From the NCBI GenBank assembly GCA_039096225.1, contig JBBPEB010000014.1:682001-746000 (forward strand): 64,000 nucleotides of DNA. Direction: 5' to 3'. Shown piece after piece: positions 14,004 to 29,930 of this stretch. The stretch's first letter is position 1. The number at the start of each line of letters is the position of its first letter. This DNA comes from Blastocystis sp. Blastoise (taxonomy: Eukaryota; Protista; Bigyra: Opalinata). Position numbers and translations under genes: made by a program. The notes under the pieces were generated by a model. That model did not search any database and was not told where the DNA came from. It saw only the letters and a list, made by a program, of their open reading frames with translations.

Positions 14004-15265
14004 TTATCCCATAAATCCCCCCAAACTGTCTTCACTTAGATTAGACCCTCTATCAAAAAGACTATTTGTAACATTCCTATTAATACGATCAATTATAAGT
14101 AAACATGATAATCCTGTTATTACTGGCATTACTAAACTTAAGGTATATTGTAGAAGTTCCACGGTTATAAAGAAGGAGGGAAATAATTGATTTATAAAGA
14201 ACCATAAAGATGTCTATATATATTTATATTAAGAATATATATTAATAATAAAATAATAATAAATATATAATAATATAATAAATGTATAATAAACATAATA
14301 ATAAACATATAATAATAAACATATAATAAACATAATAATACTATAGAGTATACTCCTGCTTGTATTAGAATCATGAAGATCATGAGTGATTTAATCCATT
14401 TAATAAGTGTAGGAGAAGGACAATAACTCGCTATATGTATAAACACACAAAGGACACATCCCAAAACACATAAACATGTATATAAATAAATCGAATAAAA
14501 ATAGGACATCAGACCAGATATTATATAAACAATTGCTTGTAGAATAGAAATAGCTATAAGAGTTTTCCGGAATTGTTTTTGAACCTATAATATATATATG
14601 AATAGCATAAAAATATCGAACAAAAAATATAATGTTAAATTGTTAATAATTAATCATAATATGTAAAAAAAAATACTTCATATGAATATATTCCTTGCCC
14701 ATATCCTTCAAAGAAATCCAATACAGGAACTATATAAGAATAATAGTAATATATATATACATATATAATTATAATTAAATAAAAAAGAACAAAACAAGTA
14801 TATATATATATATAATTAAAACTATATAGACAATTACAAAACATAATATATATATATATATAATACCAATAATTTCAACAGGTACATATGCACAATTCGA
14901 TAAGTTTTGTTCTTGATCGATAACAAGAAGTACACACCTATTTTAGATAAAACAAAATAATATATAGATATATATTTTAAAAATAACAAAACTAATATAA
15001 ATATATATATACTTTGGTTCTAAATGATATTCCTCGACTAAATGATCATTCATTAGAATATTCCCTTGAAAAATCAATCTGAAGTTCTTATTCGTTTTTC
15101 TTGTTGTCTCAACGATTTGATCTTTTAATGAATCGACAGTCATATGCGGAGAAATCATGATTGGTGACCTAGATCAAACATAACAATAATCAAAGATTCA
15201 AATACAAACAAAACTTACAGAATACCAGTATCCAATTGAATGAAGACTTGAAATTGATCACTCAT
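14004..15265 (-). CDS. Ubiquitin-like domain plus C-terminal multi-pass membrane protein
   Basis: MTVDSLKDQI..FRLIFQGNILMNDHLVEEYHL is a Ubl fold signature, followed by about 4 hydrophobic segments. GT-AG introns, 6 exons. Confidence 0.75.
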
Positions 15266-15734
15266 TTTCTAAATTTGTTTCTTCTACTATTTTATCTTTA
15301 CTTTACAGTTTTAAAATATCAATAAAATAAAATAGATATGTCTCTCAATAATGAAATAAGGTTTTTAAAAAAGACAGTCAAATAATGAAACCACTATTTT
15401 TATCATAGAAAAATCACGAATAGTGGCTGATTTCTTTAGAATTCAGTGAATATTCTGGTCTTCTTTTTCAAAAAAAAAAAAAAACAAAATAAAACGTTTT
15501 TATTATAAAATTATTAGTAACTTTGACGCTAGGATTGTTTAAATAAGTTTAACATGATATTCTGCATTATACGATATGAATTTAAATAATGAAATAAGAA
15601 AATAGAATATAATAAAAAAGTGACAACAAACAATTGAGTGGAAATTGAATACACAAGAATAAAAAGTAGGGATATAGCATTCGAGATTAGGTTAACACAA
15701 AAAAGTATTACCAATTAGCTAATTGTTTTTGTTT

Positions 15735-16571
15735 TTAATTGCTTTTTTCGAGAACCTATAGATTTGGGTATTTATAATAAATTGATGAATAATAAAAATA
15801 GTGATGCTATATAATTTGATTATATATGTATATATACATCAATAGCTTCATAAATCTTGTTAAGAAGATTAACAGGAGAGGCAAGAAGACCTAATAAAAC
15901 TTCAACATCAAGTTCTAACATCATACCTAAAAAATAATAATAAATAATAATAATAAATAATAATAATAAAAAAAATAATAATAATAAATAATAATAATAA
16001 ATAAAAATAAATAATAATAAATATAATATAAAAATAGTGAGTATAGATAGATCAATATACCAGTGATCTTAGAGGCTCTAGCGGCATCGACAAAGGAGAC
16101 ATAAGCATATAATCTTTCTCCAAGAGCGTTTCTACGAGAATCAGCGTCAAGACTTAAAATAGTGGCCTTATCGAGCATAGGAGTACTGTTGACAAGATCA
16201 GTGAATTCTTGAGCAGAGACAGTTCTGGTAGGAGCAACAGCAGCAGGAGCAGGAGCGGCGGCAGGAACAGCGGGAGCAGTGACAACAGCAGCAGCAGAGT
16301 TCATATCAGCGGACATCATCATAGCTATAGAGAATATATAATATGTATATATGTATGTATATGTATTTAGTATAGAAATAGAGATTAATATGTTATACAT
16401 AATAGAATATGATATATATATATATACAAGGATTCATGGGCATCATATTATTGTGCATCATGGGTTGATTACGGTTATTACGATTCATCATAGGTCTACG
16501 ATTATTACGTCTTTGGTTTTGAGGCATGACGTGAGAGTAAACGGGACTATAGAGATAGAAGAAAATAGAGA

Positions 16572-16636
<65 letters not shown>

Positions 16637-18433
16637 TTGACCAGGCATCATATTAGGCATTTGAGGCATCATCATCTATAATATAATATAATAATAATAA
16701 CATATATATACAGGTCTGTTGACAGGAGAGTAATAGAAAGGAAGCATATTGGGATTACTAGGAGCCATCATGGGAAGAGCGCGACTGTAAGCAAGAGCTA
16801 ATTGGTTACGACGAAGCTCCTATAGGCGATATAGAGAATCAGGAATTATAATAATAAAATAATAAAATAATAAAATAATAATAATAATATATATACCTTC
16901 TTTTGATATAAAGCAACAAAGAGAGGTTTGTTATGGAAACTCTTACCATTAAGTTCAACAATAGCTTTAGCAGCTTCATCCTTAGTAGAGAAACAAACGA
17001 AACCGAATCCTTTGGAGACACCATCTTCAGATTTCATGATAGTAGCACTGGTAATAGTACCATACTTAGCAAATAAATCTTGGAATTCTTCTTGAGTAAC
17101 TTCAGGAGCAATATTCTTTACATAAAGATTACGTTCTTGAACTTGTTCTTCCCAAGTTTCTCTTTCTTTCTTAGCTTGTTCAGCTAATACTTTAGCACGT
17201 TCATTCTTAGACATATAACGTTGAATACTTAAAACAATATCCTTTTCTTCATATTTTTCATTCTAAAAAAAAAAAAATAAATTATTTATATTCTTTTTAC
17301 AAAAAATGAATAATAATAGAATAAAAATAATAAAATTATAATAATAAAAACAAAATAATAATAATAATAAACTAAATAAAATAAAAATTTCAGCTTATCT
17401 TCATACAGGAATAGGTTTTTCATTAAGTTCTTCAATGGCTTTAACAGCATCTTCATGTTTTTCAAAATTAGCAAAAGCAAATTTAGCACCATCCTTATCA
17501 GAAATAAGAATAGAACTAATAGGTCCATAAACTTCAAGATGTTTTTGAAGTTCTTCTTTATCCCAAGTATCAGGGAAATCTTTAATATAAGTATTAGTCC
17601 ATTCATTAGCAACAAGAGAAGATTTCTTAGGATTATAAGCTTCAACAATAATGACATTCTTATTAAGTTCTTGACCATTAAGTTGTTGAATAGCTTTTTC
17701 AGCATTAGCAACATTCTCAAATTGAATATAACCATAACCTAAACTCTTTTGAGATTCTTTTTCAGTAGCAACTTTACATGAAACTACATTACCTATAACA
17801 GAAAACATATCCATTAAAGTCTTAGAATCAATATCTTCAGGAAGATTCTTAACACAAATATTACCTACACCACTACGACGAAGAGTAGGATCTCTTTGTT
17901 GCCACATAATTCTACATGGCTTTTCATCAATTAAAGAATAATTTAAAGTACTAAGAGCACGTTCAGCTGTATATATGTATATTATATATAAAATTTACTA
18001 AAAAAAGAATAATAATTATTATTAATATTATTACTATTATTAATAATAATATTATTATTAATAATAAAAAACAAATAATAAACGCATAATAAAAAACAAA
18101 TAATAAACACATAATAATAAACATAATAAACATAATAACAACATATATACCATCTTCGGGAGATTCATAGTTTACATAAGCATAACCGAGAGATTTTTGG
18201 GTTTCCTAGATTGGTTTACGTAATTACAAATACAAAGAAAAGCAAGAGATAGAGTAACAAAAACAAAGATTTATAACTAAATATACGCTATCACGTAAAA
18301 CTCTAACAGATAAAACGTGGCCAATAGGTTCGAAAATACTGTAAAGCTTGCTTTCATCAACAGTAGAAGCAAGGTCACCAACGTAAAGAGATGCGTTGAC
18401 AAAAGGATGAACAGGAGAACTAGTAGAAGCCAT
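15735..18433 (-). CDS. PABP: Cytoplasmic poly(A)-binding protein (4 RRM + MLLE)
   Basis: [50 protein letters not shown], and the MLLE motif LGERLY..ASKITGMMLELD. All introns are GT-AG. Confidence 0.97.
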
Positions 18434-18658
18434 TATTTTATTTCTTTTTATTTTAAATTATCTTTAAAAGTTCAATAAATTATTGGTGAATGGTATTAAA
18501 AAAAATGTCTTCTAACTTCATTGTCCCTATTAAAGCTATATTCGCGATTTTTTTTACTATTCTCCGTAGAAATCTTCTCGTTTTCAGAATTTCTATATTT
18601 AAAAGCATGACAACCGAATGGAATTACTATCAGGAATATTTTACAAAATAACAGGTAT

Positions 18659-18730
18659 GGGTATGTGGAACAGTGGTAGCTCGTTCCCTTCGCAAGGGAA
18701 AGGTCCCGGGATCGATCCCCGGCATATCCA
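18659..18730 (+). tRNA. tRNA-Ala (anticodon CGC)
   Basis: Acceptor stem GGGTATG/CATATCC with the G3:U70 alanine determinant. Anticodon arm TTCCC-TTCGCAA-GGGAA, T-arm CCGGG-ATCGATC-CCCGG. One A-C mismatch in the D-stem. Confidence 0.95.
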
Positions 18731-18745
18731 TTTTTTATTTTTTTT
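18731..18745 (+). terminator. RNA polymerase III oligo-T terminator
   Basis: TTTTTTATTTTTTTT immediately follows the tRNA discriminator base. Confidence 0.8.
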
Positions 18746-19476
18746 AAATTCTATTTTTATGGTCTATTTATTTCAATTGAAGTAATAGACTCAATTTGTT
18801 ATTAAAACTAGGATGTTTATATATAAGAAAACAGTATATTATCGTTTGAAAAATTAAAATAACTGAAAAATGCATGAAATATTGTTATAATCACTTTGTA
18901 GAGTCCTTATTTTCCTTATAACCACTAGAGAGTAGCAGTCAACATATTGATGACACAATAGAAAAGTAAAAGGTTATTATTATTGATAAAAAAATGAAAA
19001 AAACTATGATGATGAACTATAGGAGATATATTAGTATTTAAAGAGAAGAGAATCCATAGTTAGGATGAAAATCACGTACAAGGGTTTCATTTGAAATGCA
19101 TTATGAACCAAAAAAACGAAAACTCTGAATGAAAATGAAATGACGAAATAAAATATAAAAAAATCGTGAACAATTAAAATCATGATAATTTCAGACATTA
19201 AACTACATGCTTTAAAAATATCCATGGAAAAACACAGATCACAAAAGAACGACAAATTATGAATGACGCTTTCTATCCCTTAATTGTATTTCTATCATAA
19301 TCCAATTGTTTCCGTGGTTTATTTTTGTATTAAAAAAAAAATAAAGAAACGATTGGCCACTTGGAATAAATGTCAATTATGGAAAAAATAAAAGAAAGTT
19401 CCCTTCTTATTCTGTTCATTTCCTTTGTGGACTCTCAAATACACATATTTTTTTTTATCAAAGAACGAAAACGAAA

Positions 19477-20310
19477 ATGGCTTCTGTTCCTCAAAGTCCT
19501 TTTTTGGTAAAATCTCCTCTTATTAAGAATAATGCTCCTGGTGCTAGTCCTTTCTTAGTAAAATCTAATCTTTCTTCAACTGTACCTACGGTACAACCTC
19601 TCGTTGTCCCTGATGCTAATGGCTGTGCAAACGGAAAATGATCCGGCAAGAAGCCTGAAGTTAAAACAGTTGTAAAGGGTAATGAAACTTGTTCACTCAT
19701 CGTTTCTTTCCTTTCACTTATATTGAGTATTCCTGCTCTTATAGGTGCCTGATGTTGGCCGGCCCTTCTTATGGGTCTTATTTCTGGTGTTGTTACTGAA
19801 ACTGCTCGTGTTACTGGGCATTGGATCAGTTTTGGCCTTACTATGGTTATGATGTATGGCCTCGCTATCTATGTTTACTTCCATAGAAGAAAGAGAACTC
19901 AAGATAAGGATCATTGGCATAAATGGGGTCCTTTCTATTTAACTCTTGCTGCTGCTTTCCTTGTTAATCTTGATCCTTCAAGACATATCTTCCAAGATCT
20001 TGAAATCTGGCCTGCTCCTGGTTCTTCCGAATATAGACCTGATTGTCATGAAGAAACTTTCTACTGTTTATCTGTTGTCGGTTGGTTATTTACTGTTGTC
20101 TTTACTTATTCTGGATTCATCTTCCTTATTATTGGTACTCTTTGGAATGCTGATATGAAAGATAAGTGTAAGAAGATTTCTAATCAATGGAAGGAAATGA
20201 AAGAACAAATTAAGTCTCGTAGAAACGACAAGAGTAAATCTTCTAATACTGCTTTAGATCAAAATCTTATTGATCCTGAAGCTAATAAAGAAGGTTATAC
20301 TGCTGTCTAA
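19477..20310 (+). CDS. Multi-pass membrane selenoprotein (MSP-like), 277 aa, Sec at codons 55 and 92
   Basis: ATG 19477 is in frame with ORF 19771-20310 and is interrupted only by TGA 19639-19641 (GCANGK-U) and TGA 19750-19752 (SIPALIGA-U-CWP). Codon usage is coding-like throughout, with no intron-like sequence, and SECIS elements lie downstream. The resemblance to the algal/protist MSP family is from memory and unverified. Confidence 0.9.
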
Positions 20311-20795
20311 GTTGAAAATCCATGAAGAAGAACAATAAAGACGAATATCTATTGTTTCTTTTTATTTTTTGATGATTTCTTATTGTATTCATAATGTATT
20401 CGCTATAAATAATGAAATAATCTATATTCTTATTATAATATCCTTTATGCCAGGGATATATACTATTATTTGAATATATTTTATTTTGCTATTTATAAAA
20501 AGCTAATCTTATGAATGAAGTAATAACAATAATAATGAAGTTAGATAAAATGAAATATATGGATTTGAAAATATCTTTTGTTCTTATTGGTAACTGCATA
20601 TAAAAATGTATGGAAAAATTAAATAAATAAATCTTATGATATTTTAGAATTTTATATATGAATATATATATGAAATATCTTTTATATATCTGAGAAAGAA
20701 ATATGAAATCATAAAGAGTTCCAACACCGCTCTTTATGATGAATGTTTGAAATAATGAGATATTATTTTCAAATTTTAAATAAGATTTATGAAAA

Positions 20796-20863
20796 GTATT
20801 TATAGATGGATGATATAAAATACATAAACCTTTGAATGGAGGTATTTTATTGAATGTTAAATA
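20796..20863 (+). promoter_or_regulatory. SECIS element A (type II)
   Basis: ATGAT at 20810, helix ATAAAATAC/GTATTTTAT, AAA (20826-20828) 11 nt after the core, CC/GG mini-stem, TGAA (20851-20854). Confidence 0.8.
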
Positions 20864-20942
20864 TTTTTTTCATATAGGATCTTATTTAAGTATTCTTTCT
20901 TTATTTATCTCAAACCTTTTATTATAAATTATTTATATATAC

Positions 20943-21008
20943 TCATATGTTTATGACGCTATTATATTAAACCATACCATTGGCATATACTAGCTGAACC
21001 CTATATGA
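20943..21008 (+). promoter_or_regulatory. SECIS element B (type II)
   Basis: Helix I TCATATG/TATATGA; ATGAC at 20953; helix II GCTATTATAT/ATATACTAGC; AAA (20969-20971) 11 nt after the core; CCA/TGG mini-stem; TGAA (20995-20998). Confidence 0.9.
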
Positions 21009-21362
21009 ATATATATTTATAATTTCTAAAGGCAAGATTTATTTTATTTAGCTATATGATATATGTTTTTATTGTTTATATCTGATATATTAATGTTTGA
21101 ATTTATTTTGTTTTTAATTATATTAGCTAATTTTATATATATAAATATTGAATTGTTTATTTGGGTTTTAATTTTTTATATTTGCTAAATATGTATTTGT
21201 TTTTATTATAAATATAATTAAATATAACTTTGTTTTTTTTAAATTTTTGTTTTGTTCAATAAAGAAAACTTTTAGCATTTATACAAACAATTATTTTTTG
21301 TACGAAACAGTGAAAAAGAGAAAAAAAATAAGAACAGCTATATTTATATATATACTATTATT

Positions 21363-25909
<4,547 letters not shown>

Positions 25910-26267
25910 GAATGAGAATGAACTGAGATTTCGCTTGATATTGCTGAAATAGGTAGAATATGACTATTGCTCTATAAAACAGATATTATTGATCTAAGTA
26001 CTCCTGTCAATCAAATGAAATAACACCTTATCATTTATATACTAGAATCATAAAAAACTTGGCATTTACACGTAGAAATCAAAAATAATCAAAAACCACA
26101 TAAACAATTTGATTTCAGAACGGACGAATTCGTTTTACGATTTTTTTGGAATTCGAATACATTTAGTGATAATAATCACTTTTACTATTAATTAAAAAAG
26201 AAATAACAAGTTTCTAGTATTGTTTCTCTACATAGGTTTTTAGATATTTATATTTAACGATTCACAA

Positions 26268-26901
26268 ATGAATCCTTTGATCCGATTACAAAAAGAAGCT
26301 AAAACATTTAATCAACCGTGTGATGATTCTATCAAATTGGTCAATCTAGATACTTATAATTATCGTCATTGGAAATGCTATATTAAAGGACCTACAGAGA
26401 CACCCTATGCAAATGGTACTTATGAAATTAATGTCGATGTTGGAGATTCTTATCCTTTTCATCCGCCAACATGTACTTTTGTAACTAAGATATTTCATCC
26501 AAATATTAATTTTCATACTGGTGAAATCTGTCTTGATATTTTGAAAGATGCATGGACTCCTGCTTGGGGTATTCTTTCTGTATGCAAAGCTATTCAAGTA
26601 TTATTATCAAATCCTGAACCATCAAGTCCTCTTAATGTTGATGCAGGTATATATATATAAATTAATTATTTATTTTAAACTTCTTCTCTTGATGAAATTT
26701 TAAAATCTTCTCATATATTATTTATTATTATATTGTAATCTATAAATACTATTTTAATATTGAAAGAAAAATTCTGTATAAAGTAACGTTTATTTATATA
26801 TAGCAAATTTATTGATTCATAATGATCAAATAGGATATAATTGTATGGCAGCAATGTATAGAGATGAATATGCACTAACTCCTTTCCCTACAACTATATA
26901 A
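26268..26901 (+). CDS. Ubiquitin-conjugating enzyme E2, PEX4/UBC21-like
   Basis: FHPNINFHTGEICLDILKDAWTPAW contains the catalytic Cys. The C-terminus VCKAIQVLLSNPEPSSPLNVDAANLLIHNDQIGYNCMAAMY resembles PEX4. One GT-AG intron. Confidence 0.9.
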
Positions 26902-27300
26902 ACATTCTTAAGTAATGGTATTATACTATCTATATACAACTTATTCTATATATTGTATTTCATAAAAGTAAATTTATTGGTTTATTTGTTATTTTCCTTT
27001 TTTTCTTGATCTTTATTATTATTTATTAGTTGTTGTGGTTTGTCTTTTTTCTTTTTTACAGCTTTTTTAATATATATTGGGTTTTCATATATAATATTCT
27101 TTTCTTTTTTAAAATCTCTTAATTATTCTTTGGTATACTATATATTTTTTGTTTCATGATTTGAATAGCAAACAATTAATTGAAAGAAAGAAATATATAT
27201 AAGAACAAAACACGATTATCAAAAAAAAAGTCAAAAGAATTAGAATGAAGATATAAATATAAGTATATACAAAAAGAAAGAAAACTGTAATTTATGACTT

Positions 27301-27984
27301 TTATTCAAGTTTTTCAAGCATTTCATCACCAGTCATATAACACATGATAACAAGCCAAACATAAGCAAGTGTTTTAGGCATCATAAAGAAACCTAAGAAT
27401 TTGTATTGAGGTAAATAGACCACAACAGCATAGAATACAAAAGATAAAGTAATTGATATCCATAAATAACGAAGAGAATCATTAGGAGTATTATGAGTAA
27501 CAATATAGGAATAGACAATAATCATAATACCCATAATAGTAAAGCAAATATTTCTTGTTCTTTGAAGCATCATATTAGTATTCTTTGAGAACCATTCATT
27601 TCTAGGATCACATAATTGAAGGACTCTACCAACAGTAAGAATGTAGTAAACATAATCAAACCATCCACGTTCATTGATTTGATAACGTTGTCTTAAAATT
27701 TCATAAAGTAAATCATAGAAAAACGTCATTGTTATACCACTGATAAACTTACCCCAATCTAAAGGAACAGTCATAGATTCGAAATCATTCTTAATATTAG
27801 CAATAATACGAGGAACAAGATGAAAACTATCACCTAATCCAAGAAGAAGAGCCATTAACCCAAATCCTTTGTATGCAAGATTTGTTTTCGGCTTTACAAA
27901 CATGAGAATACTCATTGTAAAAATCGTGATCAAATAGGCAATATCAAAGACAACCTCAAAATAGCGAACAGCTGTAGGCACCAT
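27301..27984 (-). CDS. Intronless bacterial-type multi-pass membrane protein (227 aa)
   Basis: Single ORF with FDIAYL, LGLGDSFHLVPR, GKFISGITMTFFY, LSFVFY and MMPKTLAYVW motifs, about 7 TM helices. The ATG at 27984 is preferred over the TTG start in the ORF track. Confidence 0.85.
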   Translation of the reverse strand: MVPTAVRYFEVVFDIAYLITIFTMSILMFVKPKTNLAYKGFGLMALLLGLGDSFHLVPRIIANIKNDFESMTVPLDWGKFISGITMTFFYDLLYEILRQRYQINERGWFDYVYYILTVGRVLQLCDPRNEWFSKNTNMMLQRTRNICFTIMGIMIIVYSYIVTHNTPNDSLRYLWISITLSFVFYAVVVYLPQYKFLGFFMMPKTLAYVWLVIMCYMTGDEMLEKLE

Positions 27985-28909
27985 GTTTATTTTAATATAA
28001 ATCAAAATCTATCTTTATCAGAAAAAGAAATATGTATTTCTTATCAAAGAAATCTGGTGTTCAATAATAATGTATCGAATTCTATAGATGTTTTCTCGTT
28101 TCACCAAAGGAGACGTGTCATAGACGACGTCATCTCCCGTTGAAACGATAGATCGTTGATTATCTTTTCAAATCATCAGGAAAAGAAAGATTTTCCAAGG
28201 TTTAGAATTATAACTGAACTTTCTAATAGAGATTTATTCAAAATATGTTCTTCATTTTTTACAAACTTTAAAAACCTGTTCTACTTACTGTTCATCTTCA
28301 TTCTATATAGAAAATGATTGTCTGAATGGAGAGTTTGATGTATAAAAGAAGAAAGACGAGAAAATAATCATTTTAGAAGTAGATATGTAGTTTTAATGAC
28401 AGTATAAAAGCATAAGTTTATAGAGAATCATTTAGAAAATATATAAAAACAAGTTTGAATATAAATTATATAAAAGATGGACAAGAAAATGAATAAAATC
28501 CAAGATTACAGTCTTTTCAAAAAAGGAAAAATTTAAAAAGGAGAAATGCTGGAGATGTTCTCGAATTCGATTTCTCGTTTTGTAGAATTCGCTTCTTCTT
28601 TTTCTGGAGATTCCGAATTCGAGAGTCCTTCTAAGAACAGAAGAGTCAGTCTTTTTTTGTTCTTCAAGAAACAATGACGCACTCCATAGAATTCTTCATT
28701 GAGTGATGTTCAAATACATTTTTTAATATTTTATTTTTAATGAAAACTGTTGTTGTTATAGATATTTATGAAATAATTCAAACAAAAAATAATGAATAAG
28801 ACGATATTCTAATAAAACTAAGTGAAACGAAACAGTAAATAAAACAAATGGAGCAACTTTTTTTAGAATTAATTGATAAAAGATAATTATACAACAATAA
28901 AAATATAGC

Positions 28910-29930
28910 TTATTGTAAATCGAAGAAAAGACTAAGTAAAGAGTTCATATCCATACTAACTGTACCAACACGTTGAGTATCTAATTGAGAAAAACGAGTC
29001 ATAACAGCTTGAATTTGAGATATTATCTATAGAATAATGTTTACATAGAATATATAGAACAATATGATAATAAAAACAAAAGAATTATTTGAAAATTGCA
29101 AAAAAAAAATAAAACATGAAAAAATATTTTGATAAAATTATCTAATTCAAGAGAACCAGATTGATCTTCGTCAGCAGATTTAAACATAGTTTCCATAATA
29201 GGTTGAGGGAAATTATAACCAATCTTAATTAAAGCTTGAATGAATTCATTCTTATCTAAGAATCCACCTTTATCAGTATCATAAAAATCAAATGCAGCCT
29301 AAAAATATATATATATATATATTTTATATTATATTAATATATATCATACTTTCCATTGCCAGATTTCTTTAAGAAGAGCTTGGAAACCATTAAAATCAAT
29401 AGTTCTAGATATAAAAATAGACAATATAGAAAAAGAAATAGTTTATGTTTATTTTTTTTGATAAAAAATTAAAATAATAATATATATACTCTCCATTAGC
29501 AGAATATTTCTTTAATAAAATTCCACTTGTAGCAAGAGTAAATCTTAAACCACCAGATTGAAGAGCAGTTTGAAGTTCTTTACGATTCAAAGCATTACTA
29601 GAAATTTAAAAAAAAATAGCAACCACTTTAAATAGGTATTGAAATATATATATATGAAAGATAAAATATACCTATGGTCTACATCAACTTTAGAAAAGAG
29701 ATCCCAAGCAGGGTTTTGAGATTGTCCTCCAGCTGGAGCACTAGCAGCTATAATCGATTATTCATATGAAAACTAAATAAGAAGATATACCGATATCAAC
29801 AACATTTTGGCAAATAGGACACTAAGAAAAATAGTCAATGATCATTCTTAAAATAATAAAATACTCTGCATTGAGCACAATTTTCAGGTGCTTGAATTTG
29901 AGTATTGCAAGATCTGCAAGTTACAATCAT
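28910..29930 (-). CDS. Penta-EF-hand protein (ALG-2/peflin-like) with N-terminal LSD1-type zinc finger
   Basis: MIVTCRSCNTQIQAPENCAQCRCPICQNVV, then FSKVDVDHSNALNRKELQTAL, FDFYDTDKGGFLDKNEFIQAL, ADEDQSGSLELDNFI, FSQLDTQRVGTVSMD. Confidence 0.85.

Noticed and set aside
19006-19128. Possible C/D snoRNA (ATGATGA...CTGA)
   Set aside because: No terminal stem or recognisable rRNA-complementary guide; such motifs are expected by chance.
19477-20310. Pseudogene or UGA=Trp recoding as the explanation for the in-frame TGAs
   Set aside because: Both interruptions are TGA near Cys, with no frameshifts. Trp is TGG, TGA terminates other genes in the window, and SECIS elements are present.
20320-20475. 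SECIS-like ATGA...GA folds immediately after the selenoprotein stop
   Set aside because: The 3' GA is not positioned opposite the 5' UGA, and the pairing is explained by AT richness.
28432-28674. 80-aa TTG-start ORF in a GC-richer intergenic stretch with several GAATTC sites
   Set aside because: No ATG, no recognisable domain and no splice pattern. The GAA/TTC units do not form a clean heat-shock element.
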